Part shown: positions 61,415-64,000 of the stretch, in pieces
Numbering within the stretch: position 1 is the stretch's first letter
Layout of the letters: each line of letters starts with the position of its first letter
Source of the DNA: Neoconidiobolus thromboides FSU 785
Lineage: Eukaryota > Fungi > Entomophthoromycota
Length of the DNA: 64,000 nt
Reading direction: 5' to 3'
Assembly: GCA_025603075.1 (NCBI GenBank)
Contig: MU626362.1
Coordinates: forward strand, 1-64,000
Made by a program: the position numbers and the translations under genes
The notes under the pieces: model-generated
What the model was told of the DNA's origin: nothing
Databases searched by the model: none
Seen by the model: the letters and a program-made list of their open reading frames with translations, nothing else

Positions 61415-63610
61415 ATGATGGAAATATCACCCCACTTACCCAGTTCGTATTCTAACCATAACTCGCCAATTAAGCCGGGCCTTAAACTTGGTCTGCCAAA
61501 GATACCGCCAAAATCGCCTTCACGGTTAAAATCAAAAGCTTATGTCAAGCTTTCTTCTTTAGTCAATGGGAATGAAGAAAACGAAAGGATTCGTGAAGTA
61601 CCTAAATTGGACATTATTAATGAAAATCATATGGCTTCATCATTCGATTTAACCAATCATACGCTTGAAAGGAAAGGACATTTGGGAGTAATGAGAGTAG
61701 AAAGGCTAGGTGTACCTTTAGAGATATCGAAATCAACACCAGCTGATTTCAACTTTAATTCGAATCATAAAAACAAGCGACATTCTGGAAATATCAAATT
61801 AAGTGATTTTTCACCAAATGAATTGAGAAAAAAATTAGATGCTGCTTTTAATCCATTTTCAAAAAGAAGTTCACAAATTTCAACAGAAAAAGATACACCT
61901 TCTATATCTAGTTTAAAGGATACCTCAAATAGCACAGATAAAGATTCACCATCTAGCTCAGGCCCACCATCTCCAATAACAAATGGAACACCAACACAAA
62001 CATTAAAACCATCAAGATTAAGACATCATCGAAGAACAACTTCAGAAGAATCACGTATAAGTTTTGCAGAAATTATCAAAACAGCATCATCAGCAATAAA
62101 CATTGATTTTATGAATGAAAAAAAAGAGAATGAAGCATCTGAAACTGTTTCAAGTCCTAATTTAGATAATACTCCGTTAAACTTTGAGCTGGACCCAGAG
62201 GATTTAGCCCCTGCCAAAATGCTTAATTCAGAAGCTAAAGTAGTAAGACCATTATCTATTGATAGTATCACAGCTTTAGGTAGAATACCATTGATACCAA
62301 GATCACCTTTGGTTGTAGCTTTACAGAAAGCTACTCGTACATTGAGCCAAGCTAAACAAGATTTAAAAGAGTTAGCTTATGATCAAAGAAATGGTATGGA
62401 GGATTTGGAGAGAATGGATAAATTAAGAGAAACTATTAGTAATTCATCAGCTACTTTTGAACGTATAAGTAAACTTATTCGTGTTGATAACAGTGCCACA
62501 TTCACTTTCTTTCCAGCCGCATTAGTAGCATATCAATTGACTCTAATTGAATGGGAAATATTTAAAAAGATACCACCAGAAGCCATTGAATTACATTCAT
62601 TTAAAAACCCATACCCACAAATATCTATATCAACAGATTTTTTCAATTATCTTACACGAGTCATTGAGTTATCTATTTTGCAAGCAGGACAAGATCGAGT
62701 AGAAATGATCCATTTCTGGATCAAATGTGCCAATAAATTGATGCTATTGTATAATTTTCAAACCCTTAAGGCAGTTCTTAGTGCTTTAAATACACCACCT
62801 ATTAAACGTCTTAAACATACGTGGAGTCATGTTTTAAAGAAAGACCATACTTTATTAAATTCAATGAATGAATTGATGGGTGAAAGCAATAATTATTATT
62901 CATACAGACAACATGTACAAAAATTAGGAGTCAAAGGAAATTATAATGAAGAATATAATAAGCCAATTATACCTTATCTTGGAGTATTTTTGATGGATAT
63001 GACTTATTTAAAAGCAGCAAATAAAGACGATAAGCGTATCCAAGAATTAGTAACTCAATTTCAAATATATTTAAATGGACCAGATTATTTATTAACACCA
63101 CCCCATCGATTTATTAAATCAAGGAGACATCAAAAATCAACGTCATTTTCTTCATTTTCATTGAATTTTGGCAAAAGCATTCATAACACTCCATCTCAAT
63201 CCCCTTTACCTTTTTTAAATAGTTTATCAACTGAGTTGGACCAATCCCCTTATCAAAAGAAACCACTAAAAGATAAAGTCACATTATCTTCATTTCAACA
63301 ACTTATTACACATTTTTTATTGAATCAAGTATGGGCTAATGAAAAGGTAGTAGACCAATTAGCAGCAGATTTAATATCAAATGAACGTAAAGTAACGAAA
63401 CAGATAAGTAAAAGTCAAACATCCATACCATCTATTAAGATTAAAAGTAGTAATGATAATTATGAAAACAAGGTATCGTTTTTACCTTCCCCGGTTACTC
63501 CTTCCAATTCAACTACATTACTCTTGGATCCATTTGAATTTGAAATACCAGATATTGAAAAAACTTTATTAGCAGACCCTATCCTTTCGGAAGATTCTTC
63601 TTCTTTGTAA
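61415..63610 (+). CDS. RasGEF (CDC25-domain) protein
   Basis: AALVAYQLTLIEWEIFKKI, FWIKCANKLMLLYNFQTLKAVLSALNTPPIKRLKHTW, NNYYSYR, PIIPYLGVFLMDMTYL. Confidence 0.9.
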   Translation: MMEISPHLPSSYSNHNSPIKPGLKLGLPKIPPKSPSRLKSKAYVKLSSLVNGNEENERIREVPKLDIINENHMASSFDLTNHTLERKGHLGVMRVERLGVPLEISKSTPADFNFNSNHKNKRHSGNIKLSDFSPNELRKKLDAAFNPFSKRSSQISTEKDTPSISSLKDTSNSTDKDSPSSSGPPSPITNGTPTQTLKPSRLRHHRRTTSEESRISFAEIIKTASSAINIDFMNEKKENEASETVSSPNLDNTPLNFELDPEDLAPAKMLNSEAKVVRPLSIDSITALGRIPLIPRSPLVVALQKATRTLSQAKQDLKELAYDQRNGMEDLERMDKLRETISNSSATFERISKLIRVDNSATFTFFPAALVAYQLTLIEWEIFKKIPPEAIELHSFKNPYPQISISTDFFNYLTRVIELSILQAGQDRVEMIHFWIKCANKLMLLYNFQTLKAVLSALNTPPIKRLKHTWSHVLKKDHTLLNSMNELMGESNNYYSYRQHVQKLGVKGNYNEEYNKPIIPYLGVFLMDMTYLKAANKDDKRIQELVTQFQIYLNGPDYLLTPPHRFIKSRRHQKSTSFSSFSLNFGKSIHNTPSQSPLPFLNSLSTELDQSPYQKKPLKDKVTLSSFQQLITHFLLNQVWANEKVVDQLAADLISNERKVTKQISKSQTSIPSIKIKSSNDNYENKVSFLPSPVTPSNSTTLLLDPFEFEIPDIEKTLLADPILSEDSSSL

Positions 63611-63817
63611 TCACTCTCTTTGTTTTTTTATTTAATAGTTTAAGTTGTTATTTTATCTTTTAATTTATTATTTAATAAAAAATCGTATTAAGCAATAATA
63701 GAAGTATGATTTAATGTATAATGTGCGATAATAATGCACAAAGCACTATAACGAATAGTGTATATTGTATAATAATAGAAATAGATCATAAGTACATATA
63801 GTATGTCAATTATATAT

Positions 63818-63915
63818 GGGGATGCATTTTTTCGTTTAAGAATTTTACTAACAATCTTTCCACTCAAATAGTGCTTAAAAATGAAAAAAGTAATGAAGAC
63901 AAAAAAAACATTACC
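63818..63915 (-). mobile_element. MITE copy
   Basis: ggggatgc...acattacc; TSD ATAT/ATAT. Confidence 0.9.
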
Positions 63916-64000
63916 ATATATTAAAAAAGTAATAGATTATAACATTATAGTTTATTTAAATCATAGTTATTTTTGATTATTATAACCAAGAACAATATTT

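Overview
AT-rich eukaryotic genomic DNA with short GT-AG introns. Gene content points to an early-diverging fungus, plausibly Entomophthoromycotina/Zoopagomycota (inference only). Intact genes: stomatin/SPFH protein (cut by the left edge), two tandem SRSF4/5/6-like SR splicing factors, a Ypk1/Gad8 AGC kinase, tRNA-Gly(GCC), a secreted tyrosinase-like di-copper protein, a hypothetical protein, an animal-type ankyrin-AAA+ CLPB/Skd3, an Slt2-type MAPK, a CUE protein, CAND1, Kgd4, a Cys-Met Ctr copper transporter, a CAMK-group kinase, RPL43, alternative oxidase and a RasGEF. Between these lie decayed zones with pseudogenes: a P2C-type cation ATPase, two MFSD1-like transporters and probable GPCR-like relics. 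The main unexplained structure is a ~96-bp non-autonomous TIR element (MITE) in 25 near-full-length copies, with GGGGATGT...ACATCCCC ends and 4-bp ANNT target-site duplications. One copy interrupts the ATPase pseudogene, which fixes the TSD length. All alignments and counts were done by eye, and no database search was possible.
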